Part shown: positions 18,342 to 27,429 of the stretch, piece after piece
Layout of the letters: every line of letters starts with the position of its first letter
Position numbering within the stretch: position 1 is the first letter of the stretch
Virus record (IMG/VR): IMGVR_UViG_2541047119_000014
DNA from: a virus
Taxonomy: Duplodnaviria; Heunggongvirae; Uroviricota; Caudoviricetes
Length of the DNA: 34,950 nt
Direction: 5' to 3' (one strand)
Made by a program: the position numbers and the translations under genes
Notes under the pieces: generated by a model
What the model saw: only the letters and a program-made list of their open reading frames with translations
What the model was told of the DNA's origin: nothing
The model's database searches: none

Positions 18342-18421
18342 GCCGGTGACGGGGGTCGAACCCGCATAAACATATGACCCCTGAGGGTTTATGCCGCTTT
18401 ACCAGTTAAGAGTACACCGGC
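18342..18421 (-). ncRNA. tRNA-like element (perfect 7-bp acceptor-like stem and GGTTCGA T-arm; 5' half non-canonical)
   Basis: Minus strand reads GCCGGTG...GCGGGTTCGACCCCCGT-CACCGGC; no clean D or anticodon arm and no CCA. Confidence 0.3.
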
Positions 18422-18459
18422 CTGTATTTATTTTAATCAGATAGTTTTAAGGAGGCAAC

Positions 18460-18933
18460 ATGTCATCCATCGATGCAGCCGTGGTGGTGGACGTTGCGCG
18501 TCTCCAGCGGGTCTTTGCCCGGCTTCAGTTTGTGGGTGGTGGAAAAGACCTGGCCCGCAGTGTGGCGGCGAGTCTTCTGTCATCGTCAGAAATGGCGTTT
18601 GAACAGGAAAAAGAGCCGGACGGCGAACGCTGGCATGACTGGTCAGATCCTTACCGCAAGTGGCGTACCCGTAAGGGATACATGCCCGGCAAAATCCTGA
18701 CGCTGAACGGCGATCTGGCCCGACGCCTGACCACGGATTATGGCGACACCTGGGCGCTGATTGGATCAAATGAGCCTTATGCGGCCATTCATCAGTGGGG
18801 TGGCCTGCCCGGTATGCCGCCGGGACCGGCGGCCATTGGTGCACGTCCGTATATGGGCTTTGATCAGGTGGCAGAGCAGGAGATCATGGACGAAATCAGA
18901 AAACGCTTTAAAAAGGCCACAGAAACGCCTTAA
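18460..18933 (+). CDS. Virion morphogenesis protein (Mu G-like)
   Basis: 157 aa; position between F and I. Confidence 0.7.
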   Translation: MSSIDAAVVVDVARLQRVFARLQFVGGGKDLARSVAASLLSSSEMAFEQEKEPDGERWHDWSDPYRKWRTRKGYMPGKILTLNGDLARRLTTDYGDTWALIGSNEPYAAIHQWGGLPGMPPGPAAIGARPYMGFDQVAEQEIMDEIRKRFKKATETP

Positions 18934-19109
18934 TTGTTTAAGGTATGCAAATGCATTACCTTACCCCCTTCAGGCGCGTGTCGTGATTTTCTAACCTGTA
19001 TTTAACGGGCTTTAAAATCTGCGTGAAGCGCCTTTGTATTTTTCCCCTGGAAGCACTTCCTGAAATCCCGCAAAACCCGCCCTGAAAATTCCCGGCTTAT
19101 GCTGCCGGA

Positions 19110-20234
19110 ATGAAGACGAAAAACACGCCCAAACTTGCTTATGCCATTCTGAATGCCATCAGCCTGTCCGCAGACGGGGACGGTGACTGGTGTCAGATCA
19201 TGCCAGCCGGTCGGGTAAAGGCCCGTGACGGTCGCCCGGAAAAACCGGCCGAGGGCTGGCTGATCAACCATGCAGCCGTTGAGCGCATGGTCTCCCGGGT
19301 TGTGGCGCTCAATCAGCCGGTGAAAATTGACTACAACCACCAGACCCTGATTAAGGGGCATCAGGCACCGGCTGCCGGTTTTGTGATGGCCTCACCGGAG
19401 AATTTTCGCTTCAGTGAAGAGCGTGGCTTCGAGGTGCGCCCGAAGTGGAACCCTCCGGCCCTTGAACATCTGCGTAATAACGAATTCCCCTGGTTTTCAC
19501 CGGTGATTGGCTATGACGAGAACACCGGCGAACCTGTCGAACTTCGGATGCTGGCTATTACCGGTGACCCCGGTCTGACCGGCATGAATCCTGTCGCCGC
19601 GCTGTCGGCGGATGACCTTTATAACGCCTTAAACCCTCCTTTAAAGGATACCTCCATGAATGAGCAATTACGCCAGTTGCTGACGGCGCTCGGTCTGACC
19701 GTGGCTGACGGTGACGAATTTACGCCGGAGCTGGGCACGGCGGCGCTGTCTGCCCTCACCGGGATCAAAACCCGTGCGGATGCACACGACAACCTGAAAA
19801 CACAGGTCGCCAGTCTGTCGGCAGAGCTGGAAACCGCAAAAGGCACACCGGCTGGCGGCAGTATTGATCTGACGAAATACGTGCCCGTTGAAACGTATAA
19901 CGCCCTGCGTACCGAATACGTTGCGCTGTCGGCGCAGCACGGCAGCACCACGCTGGAGCAGGTGCTGGACAAGGCTGAATCCGAAGGGCGCATCTTCAAA
20001 AGCGAACGCGGCTATCTGGAACAACTGGGCGGGCAGATTGGCGTTGCGGCACTTTCTGCACAGCTTGACGCCCGCCAGCCGGTTGCGGCCCTGACCTCTC
20101 TTCAGACCGACACCGTGACCGTGCCGGATAAAAAGACTGCCACCGCTGCGCTGTCGGCTGAAGATATCGCGGCCGCCAAACTGCTGGGTAAAACCGAAGC
20201 CGAGTTCCTGAAAATGAAAGAGGAAATGCAATAA
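19110..20234 (+). CDS. Head maturation protease/scaffold (Mu I-like; a nested Z scaffold start is likely)
   Basis: 374 aa directly upstream of the major head gene; Ala-rich C-terminal half typical of a scaffold. Confidence 0.8.
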   Translation: MKTKNTPKLAYAILNAISLSADGDGDWCQIMPAGRVKARDGRPEKPAEGWLINHAAVERMVSRVVALNQPVKIDYNHQTLIKGHQAPAAGFVMASPENFRFSEERGFEVRPKWNPPALEHLRNNEFPWFSPVIGYDENTGEPVELRMLAITGDPGLTGMNPVAALSADDLYNALNPPLKDTSMNEQLRQLLTALGLTVADGDEFTPELGTAALSALTGIKTRADAHDNLKTQVASLSAELETAKGTPAGGSIDLTKYVPVETYNALRTEYVALSAQHGSTTLEQVLDKAESEGRIFKSERGYLEQLGGQIGVAALSAQLDARQPVAALTSLQTDTVTVPDKKTATAALSAEDIAAAKLLGKTEAEFLKMKEEMQ

Positions 20235-21181
20235 TGCCTACCCCGATTACACCGGCGATGATCACCGCCCTGATGACGGGCTACCGTTCTGATTTTCAGG
20301 CCGGGATGTCCATGGCCCCGTCGCAGTATAAAAAAATTGCGATGACCGTGCCCTCCACATCGAAATCCAACACCTACGGCTGGCTGGGGCAGTTCCCGCA
20401 GTTCCGTGAGTGGATCGGCTCCCGCGTCATCGAGAAGATGAAAGCCTATGGCTATGCCATCGTGAACAAAACTTTTGAAGGCACTGTCGCCATTAGCCGC
20501 GATGACTTCGAAGACGACAACCTCGGTATTTATTCCCCGTTGTTCCAGGAGATGGGGCGCGCTGCGGCGGTACAACCGGATGAGCTGGTCTTTGCTGCCC
20601 TGCGTGACGGGATCAGTGCGGCCTGCTATGACGGTCAGAACTTCTTTGATACCGAACATCCGGTTTACCCTAAAGTGGATGGCTCCGGGGATGCGCAGAT
20701 GGTCAGCAATATGTTTGTGGCAAAAACCGGCTCTGTCGGCGCACAGGCTGATTACAGCGGTCCGGCCTGGTATCTGCTTGACTGCTCCCGCGCGGTAAAA
20801 CCGCTGATTTATCAGGATCGCCGTAAGGCTGAACTGGTTGCCCAGACCAAAGTCGATGAAGGTCGCGCATTCACCGATAACGAATTTGTGTTCGGTGCTT
20901 CCGCCCGTCGCAATGTGGGCTACGGCTTCTGGCAGATGGCCTACATGATGCAGTCACCGCTGACGCTGGATGCACTGTGGCACGGCTGGTCAGCCATGCG
21001 CGAATTTACCGCTGACGGTGGCCGCAAACTCGGCATCAAACCCACCCATATTGTTGTCCCCACCTCGCTGGAAAAACAGGCGGTGCAGCTGCTGGAGCGT
21101 GAACTGTTCGCAGACGGAAACGCAACCGTCTCTAACGAGATGAAGGGCAAGCTGGAGCTGGTTGTCGCGGATTATCTGTAA
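20234..21181 (+). CDS. Major head (capsid) protein (Mu T-like)
   Basis: 315 aa; position after I; start overlaps the I stop. Confidence 0.88.
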   Translation: MPTPITPAMITALMTGYRSDFQAGMSMAPSQYKKIAMTVPSTSKSNTYGWLGQFPQFREWIGSRVIEKMKAYGYAIVNKTFEGTVAISRDDFEDDNLGIYSPLFQEMGRAAAVQPDELVFAALRDGISAACYDGQNFFDTEHPVYPKVDGSGDAQMVSNMFVAKTGSVGAQADYSGPAWYLLDCSRAVKPLIYQDRRKAELVAQTKVDEGRAFTDNEFVFGASARRNVGYGFWQMAYMMQSPLTLDALWHGWSAMREFTADGGRKLGIKPTHIVVPTSLEKQAVQLLERELFADGNATVSNEMKGKLELVVADYL

Positions 21182-21224
21182 ACGGTGAGCCGGGTTTACG
21201 GCCCGGCCCCTGCGGAGGGCAAAT

Positions 21225-21647
21225 ATGAATGAACATCACACTGTGGCAGCAACAGATGATTCAGGTCTTCAGGTCAGTGGTGACAATTCTGTCACGGTGC
21301 TGGCAGAAGTGCGTTGCAGTCGTTCGGCGTTTCGTCGTGCGGGGTTTCTGTTCACGCGTGGACGTCAGCAGGTTGAGGTCACCCCGGAGCAGCTTGCCCG
21401 ACTGGAGGCGGAGCCATGCCTCACTGTGCGAATACTACAGACGTCTGCTGATGATGCGGGGAGCGTGGCGGGTGTGGTTCATGCAGTGGCCGGTACAGAT
21501 TTAGCCGAAGCCGAAGCCGAAGCCGAAGCCGAAGCCGAAGCCGAAGCCGAAGCCGAAGCCGAAGCCGAAGCCGAAGCCGAAGCCGAAGCCGGACAGGATG
21601 CTCCCCGGAAAAAGACCGGTAACAAAGCGAAACAGGCCCGTGCATGA
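21225..21647 (+). CDS. Hypothetical head-region protein with a 29-residue (AE)n repeat
   Basis: ATG at 21225 with GGAGGG RBS; the repeat is in frame and the ORF continues to a basic C-terminal tail. Confidence 0.65.
   Translation: MNEHHTVAATDDSGLQVSGDNSVTVLAEVRCSRSAFRRAGFLFTRGRQQVEVTPEQLARLEAEPCLTVRILQTSADDAGSVAGVVHAVAGTDLAEAEAEAEAEAEAEAEAEAEAEAEAEAEAGQDAPRKKTGNKAKQARA
21504..21590 (+). repeat. Perfect hexanucleotide microsatellite (GCCGAA) x 14.5
   Basis: Read directly: 87 bp of uninterrupted gccgaa units inside the 21225-21647 ORF. Confidence 0.97.
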
Positions 21648-22063
21648 ATTACGCCACTGAAACCGATATGCGGGCGCGTTACCGCGAGGATTTGCTCAGG
21701 CCGTTACTGGCTGTGCCCCGTTCGGATGAGCCGGACACGCGCAAGCTGAACCGGGCGCTGACAGATGCGTCAGCCCTTATCGACAGCTATCTGTCCGCCC
21801 GTTACACGCTGCCGCTGGAGGTTATCCCGGCTGTTCTTGTTCAGCACTGTTGCGCGATTGCCTTTTATTACCTGTGCGATCAGCGAGCCTCCGATCAGGC
21901 GCGTGACCGTTACCGTGAAGCGCTGGCCTGGCTGAAAGATGTCATGAACGGCAATGTGCCGGTCGGTGTGGATACGAACGGTGCAGCCCCTGAATCCGGG
22001 GATTTACCACTGGTTCAGTCTGATGCAGCGGTATTCGGGCGCAACCAGAAGGGCTTCGTATGA
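21644..22063 (+). CDS. Head-tail region protein (Mu gp36-like)
   Basis: 139 aa; conserved position. Confidence 0.7.
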   Translation: MNYATETDMRARYREDLLRPLLAVPRSDEPDTRKLNRALTDASALIDSYLSARYTLPLEVIPAVLVQHCCAIAFYYLCDQRASDQARDRYREALAWLKDVMNGNVPVGVDTNGAAPESGDLPLVQSDAAVFGRNQKGFV

Positions 22064-22620
22064 TTACGGAAACCGAACAGGCATACATCGCCCGCATCCG
22101 TGAGTATTTCGGGAATGAACTGGTGTCTGTTGACACGCATCCCGGCGACTGGAGCGACGGCGTACTGCGCAGCATGCTGATTAACGCCCCGGCGATCTAC
22201 GTTGCCTGGCTGGGTGCCGGTGAAGGCCGTACCCGTGGTCGCCTGGTCAGTCACTGGGTGTTCTACGTCATTGGCGACATGCTCAACGGGCGTGAGGCCA
22301 GCCGCCCCGGACTGTATCAGATTGTGGCCCGGCTGATTGCCGTGCTTAACGGCTTCAGAACAGAAAAAACCTCACCGCTTTACTTTGAAAAGGCGGTCAA
22401 CGGTTACACCGAAACCCAGGCGAACAGTGGTGCGGTGATGTATGCGCTTTATTTCTCCTGCGAGGAAATGATCGCACCGCTGACCGATATCAGCTCGCTG
22501 GACGACTTCCTGCGTCATTACGAAACCTTTGTGGAGCCGCCCGGTACGCCGCCGTTTGAGGCACATATTGATTTGCCGGGGAACACGACAACGGCGGTCG
22601 AACCGCCGGAGGAACTGTAA
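22060..22620 (+). CDS. Virion protein (Mu gp37-like)
   Basis: 186 aa; conserved position. Confidence 0.7.
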   Translation: MITETEQAYIARIREYFGNELVSVDTHPGDWSDGVLRSMLINAPAIYVAWLGAGEGRTRGRLVSHWVFYVIGDMLNGREASRPGLYQIVARLIAVLNGFRTEKTSPLYFEKAVNGYTETQANSGAVMYALYFSCEEMIAPLTDISSLDDFLRHYETFVEPPGTPPFEAHIDLPGNTTTAVEPPEEL

Positions 22621-22866
22621 ATGAAAACCATCTTTATCAAACCCGCGCCGGGACGCCTGATTCGTGATCCCGACACAATGCGCCCGCTGGCACAGGAGGG
22701 GGAGGAAAAGCCCTTCACGCCGTTCTGGTGTCGGCGTCTTGATGACGGCGATGTCATTCAGGCTGAAAAAGCCGCTGAAGAGGCTCCGGCTGTATCTGCG
22801 GATGCAACGACTGCGACAGAAAAACCGGTCGCCCAACCGGCATCCGATAAGGAGAAACCGCAATGA
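22621..22866 (+). CDS. Small virion protein (Mu gp38-like)
   Basis: 81 aa immediately upstream of the sheath gene. Confidence 0.65.
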   Translation: MKTIFIKPAPGRLIRDPDTMRPLAQEGEEKPFTPFWCRRLDDGDVIQAEKAAEEAPAVSADATTATEKPVAQPASDKEKPQ

Positions 22867-24362
22867 TTAATTTTGACGGGATCGGTAATGACCGCCGTAT
22901 ACCGCTGATTGAGGTTGAGTTTAATAACTCCATGGCTGTCACCGGCACCCCGGCACAGCGTCAGTGTGTACTGCTGTTTGGTCAGGCGAGAATGAAAGAG
23001 AATGCCGTGGACGGTACCGGTGTTCTGGATGTTCCGGTCAGGATCACCCGTGCGTCTCAGGCAACAGAATTCTGGGGGCGCGGCTCCATGATTGCCCTGA
23101 TGGTGGCGGAATTTATCGCCATCAATCCTGATGCTGAACTGTATGCCATTGCTCAGGGGAGCGGCACCGGTCAGGCTCAGGCATGTCTCATGAATATAAT
23201 TGGCACCGCCTCTCAGGATGGTGTTCTGCACATTTATATCGGCGGTCGGCGTTATCTGCTGGCTGTCACGAAGGGGCAGAAAGGTAAGGAGCTTATTGAC
23301 GCTCTGGTCTCTGTTATTAATGCCGATGCTGATGCGCCCTTCAGTGCTTATGCAGGTCAGGTAGCAGATAACGCCAGCGGACTCAAGGGAAGTATGGGAA
23401 TTAATGCCCGTTTTACCGGTGAATGTTCCGTACATGATATCCGTGTTAATTATCATGACGGAGAAACCACACCGGGTGGACTGACCATTGAACTTGGGTA
23501 TCCCAAAACAAAAGCCACTAACCCGGATATCACCCGAAGCGTGGCGGGTATGGGCGATCGCCAGTACAACTATGTCGTCATGCCCTATAAGGATGATGCA
23601 AACCTGAAAATCATCAGTGATGAGCTTCTGAAACGCTGGGGACCGGCCAAAATGTCTGACGGCGTGCTGTGGCTGGCACATACCGGCACGTTTGGTGAGG
23701 TGCAGGCATTCGGGGCAAAACGCAATGATTTTCTGGCGACCTGCACATCCATTCCCAAAGCCCCTGAACCGGATTACCTCTGGGCAGCGGCGGTCTGCGC
23801 CACCTGTGCACCCTCTCTGGGAGCAGATCCTGCGCGTCCGCTTCAGACGCTGGCGCTTCCGTCACGCATGGCCCCGGCTCCGGCCGATCGTCTGACGCGT
23901 GAAGAGCGTAACAGTCTGCTGTGGGAAGGGATTGCCACGGTCAGTGTGGCTGCCGGTGATGTGCTTCAGATCGAACGTCAGGTGACCATGTATCGCCAGA
24001 ACGTGTACGGCGAAAGTGATCCCAGCTATCTGGATGTGGAAACCATCTACACCCTCTCCTGGCTGCGTTATTCCCTGCGTACTTTTATCACACAACGTTT
24101 TCCGCGCCATAAACTGGCTGATGACGGGACGCCCGTTCGTGCCGGTCAGAATATCGTGACGCCGGAGATCATGAAGCTTCAGTTAATTTCGCTGGGTGAA
24201 GAGTGGGTGGAACTCGGGCTGGTCGAAAATCTGGACACCTTTAAAAAGAATCTGCTTGTGGAGCGTAATGCGTCAGATCGAAACCGTCTTGACGTGTTAT
24301 GCACGCCGGATCTGGTTAACCAGTTCCGCTTCCTGGCAGCACAGATCCGTTTCATTTTGTGA
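22863..24362 (+). CDS. Tail sheath protein (Mu L-like)
   Basis: 499 aa followed by the tube gene. Confidence 0.88.
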   Translation: MINFDGIGNDRRIPLIEVEFNNSMAVTGTPAQRQCVLLFGQARMKENAVDGTGVLDVPVRITRASQATEFWGRGSMIALMVAEFIAINPDAELYAIAQGSGTGQAQACLMNIIGTASQDGVLHIYIGGRRYLLAVTKGQKGKELIDALVSVINADADAPFSAYAGQVADNASGLKGSMGINARFTGECSVHDIRVNYHDGETTPGGLTIELGYPKTKATNPDITRSVAGMGDRQYNYVVMPYKDDANLKIISDELLKRWGPAKMSDGVLWLAHTGTFGEVQAFGAKRNDFLATCTSIPKAPEPDYLWAAAVCATCAPSLGADPARPLQTLALPSRMAPAPADRLTREERNSLLWEGIATVSVAAGDVLQIERQVTMYRQNVYGESDPSYLDVETIYTLSWLRYSLRTFITQRFPRHKLADDGTPVRAGQNIVTPEIMKLQLISLGEEWVELGLVENLDTFKKNLLVERNASDRNRLDVLCTPDLVNQFRFLAAQIRFIL

Positions 24363-24370
24363 GGTAAGGC

Positions 24371-24736
24371 ATGAGCGGAAAACAGTATCAGGGCACGGCC
24401 ACTATCCGTGTGAACGGTCAGGAATACGAGACGCTTGAGGGGGCTACATTTTCTCCGTCAGGTTTTGAACGTGAAGTGGTGAAAGGCGCGAAAGTCTATG
24501 GTTACCGCCAGAAACCACGTGAAGCGACACTGGACTGCAAATTTCCGGCAGGCGGAGAAGGTTCACCAGCCGCCGATGAAATCAACAACTGGACTGCTGT
24601 CACTATCGAGTTTGTGGCGGATACCGGCGAAGTCCACATGATGACGAAGGCCTGGAGCAGTGAACCGGCCTCGCTTGACGGTGGCGGGGAGATCTCCGTG
24701 AAGTTCGCCAGCGCCACCAGTACCCGTGTTCAGTGA
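24371..24736 (+). CDS. Tail tube protein (Mu M-like)
   Basis: 121 aa after the sheath. Confidence 0.85.
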   Translation: MSGKQYQGTATIRVNGQEYETLEGATFSPSGFEREVVKGAKVYGYRQKPREATLDCKFPAGGEGSPAADEINNWTAVTIEFVADTGEVHMMTKAWSSEPASLDGGGEISVKFASATSTRVQ

Positions 24737-25227
24737 TCAGGAAAAATAAAATGACCACACGTAAGAAAAAAACGGCAGTTTCCGAGGCAGCCGTGATGGA
24801 GGCAATCCGGGAAGCACTTGAGGGGGCTGATCCACGCACTGCCGGGCTGACAGAGCAACTGGCAAAGGGATATGTGGATCTGCTTGATGGTCTGCCGTTT
24901 GGTGAGACCCGTGAATATCGTGTCACGTTCCGGGAACTGACAGCGAAAGACAGTATTGACGCAGAAGCAGAAGCCGAGCGCGTGGTGGAGACAAACAATG
25001 GCCCGATGCTGATAGCGTCTCCGTCGTTACGCGGTGTTGCACTGCTGCGCCGTCAGATTGCCGCAGTGGGAGACATTGAAGGTCCGTTGTCACCCCGTCA
25101 GATTGGACAGTTAAGCGAGCGCGATCTCTCCCGCCTGATGGCAGCGGTCAGCCTGCTGGATACCGCGCTTGCCGGAAAGCTGGCAGCTGACCGGGGGCGA
25201 TCAGGCGCAGTGTCGGGATCAGATTGA
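24733..25227 (+). CDS. Tail assembly chaperone (upstream ORF)
   Basis: 164 aa directly upstream of the tape measure gene. Confidence 0.65.
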   Translation: MIRKNKMTTRKKKTAVSEAAVMEAIREALEGADPRTAGLTEQLAKGYVDLLDGLPFGETREYRVTFRELTAKDSIDAEAEAERVVETNNGPMLIASPSLRGVALLRRQIAAVGDIEGPLSPRQIGQLSERDLSRLMAAVSLLDTALAGKLAADRGRSGAVSGSD

Positions 25228-25351
25228 AGAAGCGGCAATTATCCTGGGGATGGTGACAAAAAGTGGCCCGGAATGGGCGCTTAACCTCCCCCTGTCGCAA
25301 CTTTACCGGCACTGCCGACAGACAGAAAAAATCATCAGAACGAAGCAGTAA
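25169..25351 (+). CDS. Possible tail assembly chaperone extension ORF (overlapping, different frame)
   Basis: 60 aa ORF overlapping the 3' end of the previous gene, in the +1 frame; may be reached by frameshifting or may be independent. Confidence 0.4.
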   Translation: MPESWQLTGGDQAQCRDQIEEAAIILGMVTKSGPEWALNLPLSQLYRHCRQTEKIIRTKQ

Positions 25352-25353
25352 GT

Positions 25354-27429
25354 ATGGCCCGAAATCTCAGAGCATCTCTGATAGTTGATTTGCTCGGCAA
25401 TATCTCAGCCAAATCCCGCCAGTGGTCTCAGGAGCTGGGGGCATTCTCACGCTCCGGCCAGGCGGGGCTGGGTGGTCTGGGAAATGCGGCCCGCCGTGCC
25501 GGGCAGGAAACAGATGTACTCGGAAGCAGGATGCAGCGCACGCTGGCCGGGGTGCGGGGCAGTATCCGCCATGTCACTTCTGATTTTGACCGTCTTCAGG
25601 GCAGTATTACCGGCACCATCGGGCGGATCAGCAATCTTTACGGAATGCTGGCCGGTGGTGCAGCTGTATATGGCTTTAACCGGGGATTTATTCGCCCGGC
25701 AGCGGAGATGGAAACCTATATGATTCGCCTGAACTCCCTTTACAAAGGGGATCGGGCGAAAACTGATGATGTCCGCAGGTGGGCAATACAGAATGCGAAG
25801 GAAACCACCTGGGGGCTGGCTGGCGTCATGCAGGAATATACGTCCAGTCTGGGCTTTGGTATGAGTGACAGGGAGGCCCGAAATTTTGTCACCATGCTTC
25901 AGGATCAGGGTGCCGTGGGCGGCTGGTCACTGTCCGATGCACAGGGGGCATCCCTGCAACTGAAACAGATGTATGCAAGAGGCAGTATTCAGGCAGCGGA
26001 TGCAAATATTCTTGCCACCTACGGCATTAATGCCTACCGCGTGCTGGCTGATCGTCTGGGTGTGGACCAGAAAGTGGTCAGAAAACTTGGTGAAAAAGGG
26101 CTGCTTGGGCCGGACAGTATTCGCCTGTTATTTCAGACGCTGGCGGAACAGGCCAGGGGAGCACAAAAGGACGCAATGAATTCCTGGAGTGGCCTGACGG
26201 CCATGATGGGTGACGTCTGGGATCAGTTTGCCCGGGATGTGATGGACAGTGGGCCATTTGAAAAACTGAAGGGTAATCTCAGGGGATTTCTTTCATGGGT
26301 TGACAGTGCCAAATCTGATGGCAGTTACCATTCCCTGGCGGAAAGCACGGCATCAGCCATGAACCAGGGCTTTGAGTATGCCCGTGATGCAGTGACAGGG
26401 TTTTATCAGGCGATCAGAAAGGTACGCGACACGCTTCAGGCTCTGCGGGATGCGGGCTATGGTGATGCGCTGGATCGCATTGGTCAGGGGGCACAGACCG
26501 CCGCGAAATACCTGCTGTACATGTATCTCGCCACCCGTGCCCTGAAAATGGCGCGGGCTGTCGGAACGGGGATTATACGTCCGGGTGCTGCATTGCTGGG
26601 ATACGGATTATCAGCGGCGGCCTTCCTGACCTCACCTTTCCGGCGCTCTCCTCCGGCCGGAACACCACCAGGCACATCTCAGGGACGAGGGCAACGTTTT
26701 ATAAACTTTCTTACCGGGGTAAATCCGGCAGCCGTTCAGCCAGTACTTGTAACAAACTGGCCCACAGGAGGACTGTCCGGCACCGGCGCGACCGATACAT
26801 CCTCAGGCGGACGTCAGGGGCGGGGCCGCAGGAAACGCGGACCGGGGCGCGGAAGACCGGTCACGCCTCCCCTGCCACCGTCCCCAGTGCCACCGTCTCC
26901 CTCTTCTGGTGGGGCAGGGTTCTGGGGGCGCATGATGGGGCGCGCCGGTGGGTTACTTTCGTCTGTCGGTAGCCGCATGGGGCTGGGGCGTTTCTCCGGC
27001 TTTTTCCGCAGTGCCGGTGGACTGGCCGGCCGGCTGGGTGGAGGTGCCCTGTGGGCTGGCGCGATGGCAGCCCCGGTTCTGCTGGATGGCAGCGCCAGTG
27101 CCACAGACAAGGGAGAAGCGGTCGGCTCTCTTGCAGGCAGTATTGCCGGTGGTGCGCTGGGGGCGGCAGCCGGACCTGTGGGGATTGCCATTGGTTCTAC
27201 GGTGGGCAGCTATCTCGGTAACTATCTGGGGGGATGGCTGACTGAAGCCTGGCAGAAATTACGGGGCAGTGATGATGAAAGCAGTGGACAGGCGGTACAA
27301 AAAGCCTCTGCCCGTGTGGAGCTGGTTGCCCCGGAAGGGTGGCAGGCTCGCAGTATTGATATTGATGACACGTCCGGTCACGGACTGGATGTGAATGTCT
27401 GGAACGGAGGGAATTATGGCCTCTGGTGA
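25354..27429 (+). CDS. Tail tape measure protein
   Basis: 691 aa; position; Gly/Pro-rich region and C-terminal Gly-rich hydrophobic segments. Confidence 0.85.
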   Translation: MARNLRASLIVDLLGNISAKSRQWSQELGAFSRSGQAGLGGLGNAARRAGQETDVLGSRMQRTLAGVRGSIRHVTSDFDRLQGSITGTIGRISNLYGMLAGGAAVYGFNRGFIRPAAEMETYMIRLNSLYKGDRAKTDDVRRWAIQNAKETTWGLAGVMQEYTSSLGFGMSDREARNFVTMLQDQGAVGGWSLSDAQGASLQLKQMYARGSIQAADANILATYGINAYRVLADRLGVDQKVVRKLGEKGLLGPDSIRLLFQTLAEQARGAQKDAMNSWSGLTAMMGDVWDQFARDVMDSGPFEKLKGNLRGFLSWVDSAKSDGSYHSLAESTASAMNQGFEYARDAVTGFYQAIRKVRDTLQALRDAGYGDALDRIGQGAQTAAKYLLYMYLATRALKMARAVGTGIIRPGAALLGYGLSAAAFLTSPFRRSPPAGTPPGTSQGRGQRFINFLTGVNPAAVQPVLVTNWPTGGLSGTGATDTSSGGRQGRGRRKRGPGRGRPVTPPLPPSPVPPSPSSGGAGFWGRMMGRAGGLLSSVGSRMGLGRFSGFFRSAGGLAGRLGGGALWAGAMAAPVLLDGSASATDKGEAVGSLAGSIAGGALGAAAGPVGIAIGSTVGSYLGNYLGGWLTEAWQKLRGSDDESSGQAVQKASARVELVAPEGWQARSIDIDDTSGHGLDVNVWNGGNYGLW

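Noticed and set aside
18342-18421. Canonical tRNA gene
   Set aside because: Acceptor stem and T-arm are good but there is no proper D-stem or anticodon stem-loop and no CCA; reported only as a tRNA-like element.
19668-20231. 187-aa minus-strand ORF (and 19619-19999)
   Set aside because: Antisense within the I protease/scaffold gene.
21504-21590. Regular short repeat array that could be mistaken for CRISPR
   Set aside because: Units are 6 bp with no spacers and lie in frame inside a protein-coding ORF; this is a microsatellite, not a CRISPR array.
21421-21645. Minus-strand ORF encoding an (RL)n repeat, and + strand alternative ORF 21229-21504
   Set aside because: Both are alternative-frame readings of the microsatellite-containing gene; the 21225 frame has the RBS and a continuous reading frame through the repeat.
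22758-23681. 307-aa minus-strand ORF
   Set aside because: Antisense within the tail sheath gene; the + strand ORF has the conserved position and size.
26814-27191. 125-aa Pro/Ala-rich minus-strand ORF
   Set aside because: Reverse-frame translation of the Gly-rich part of the tape measure gene.
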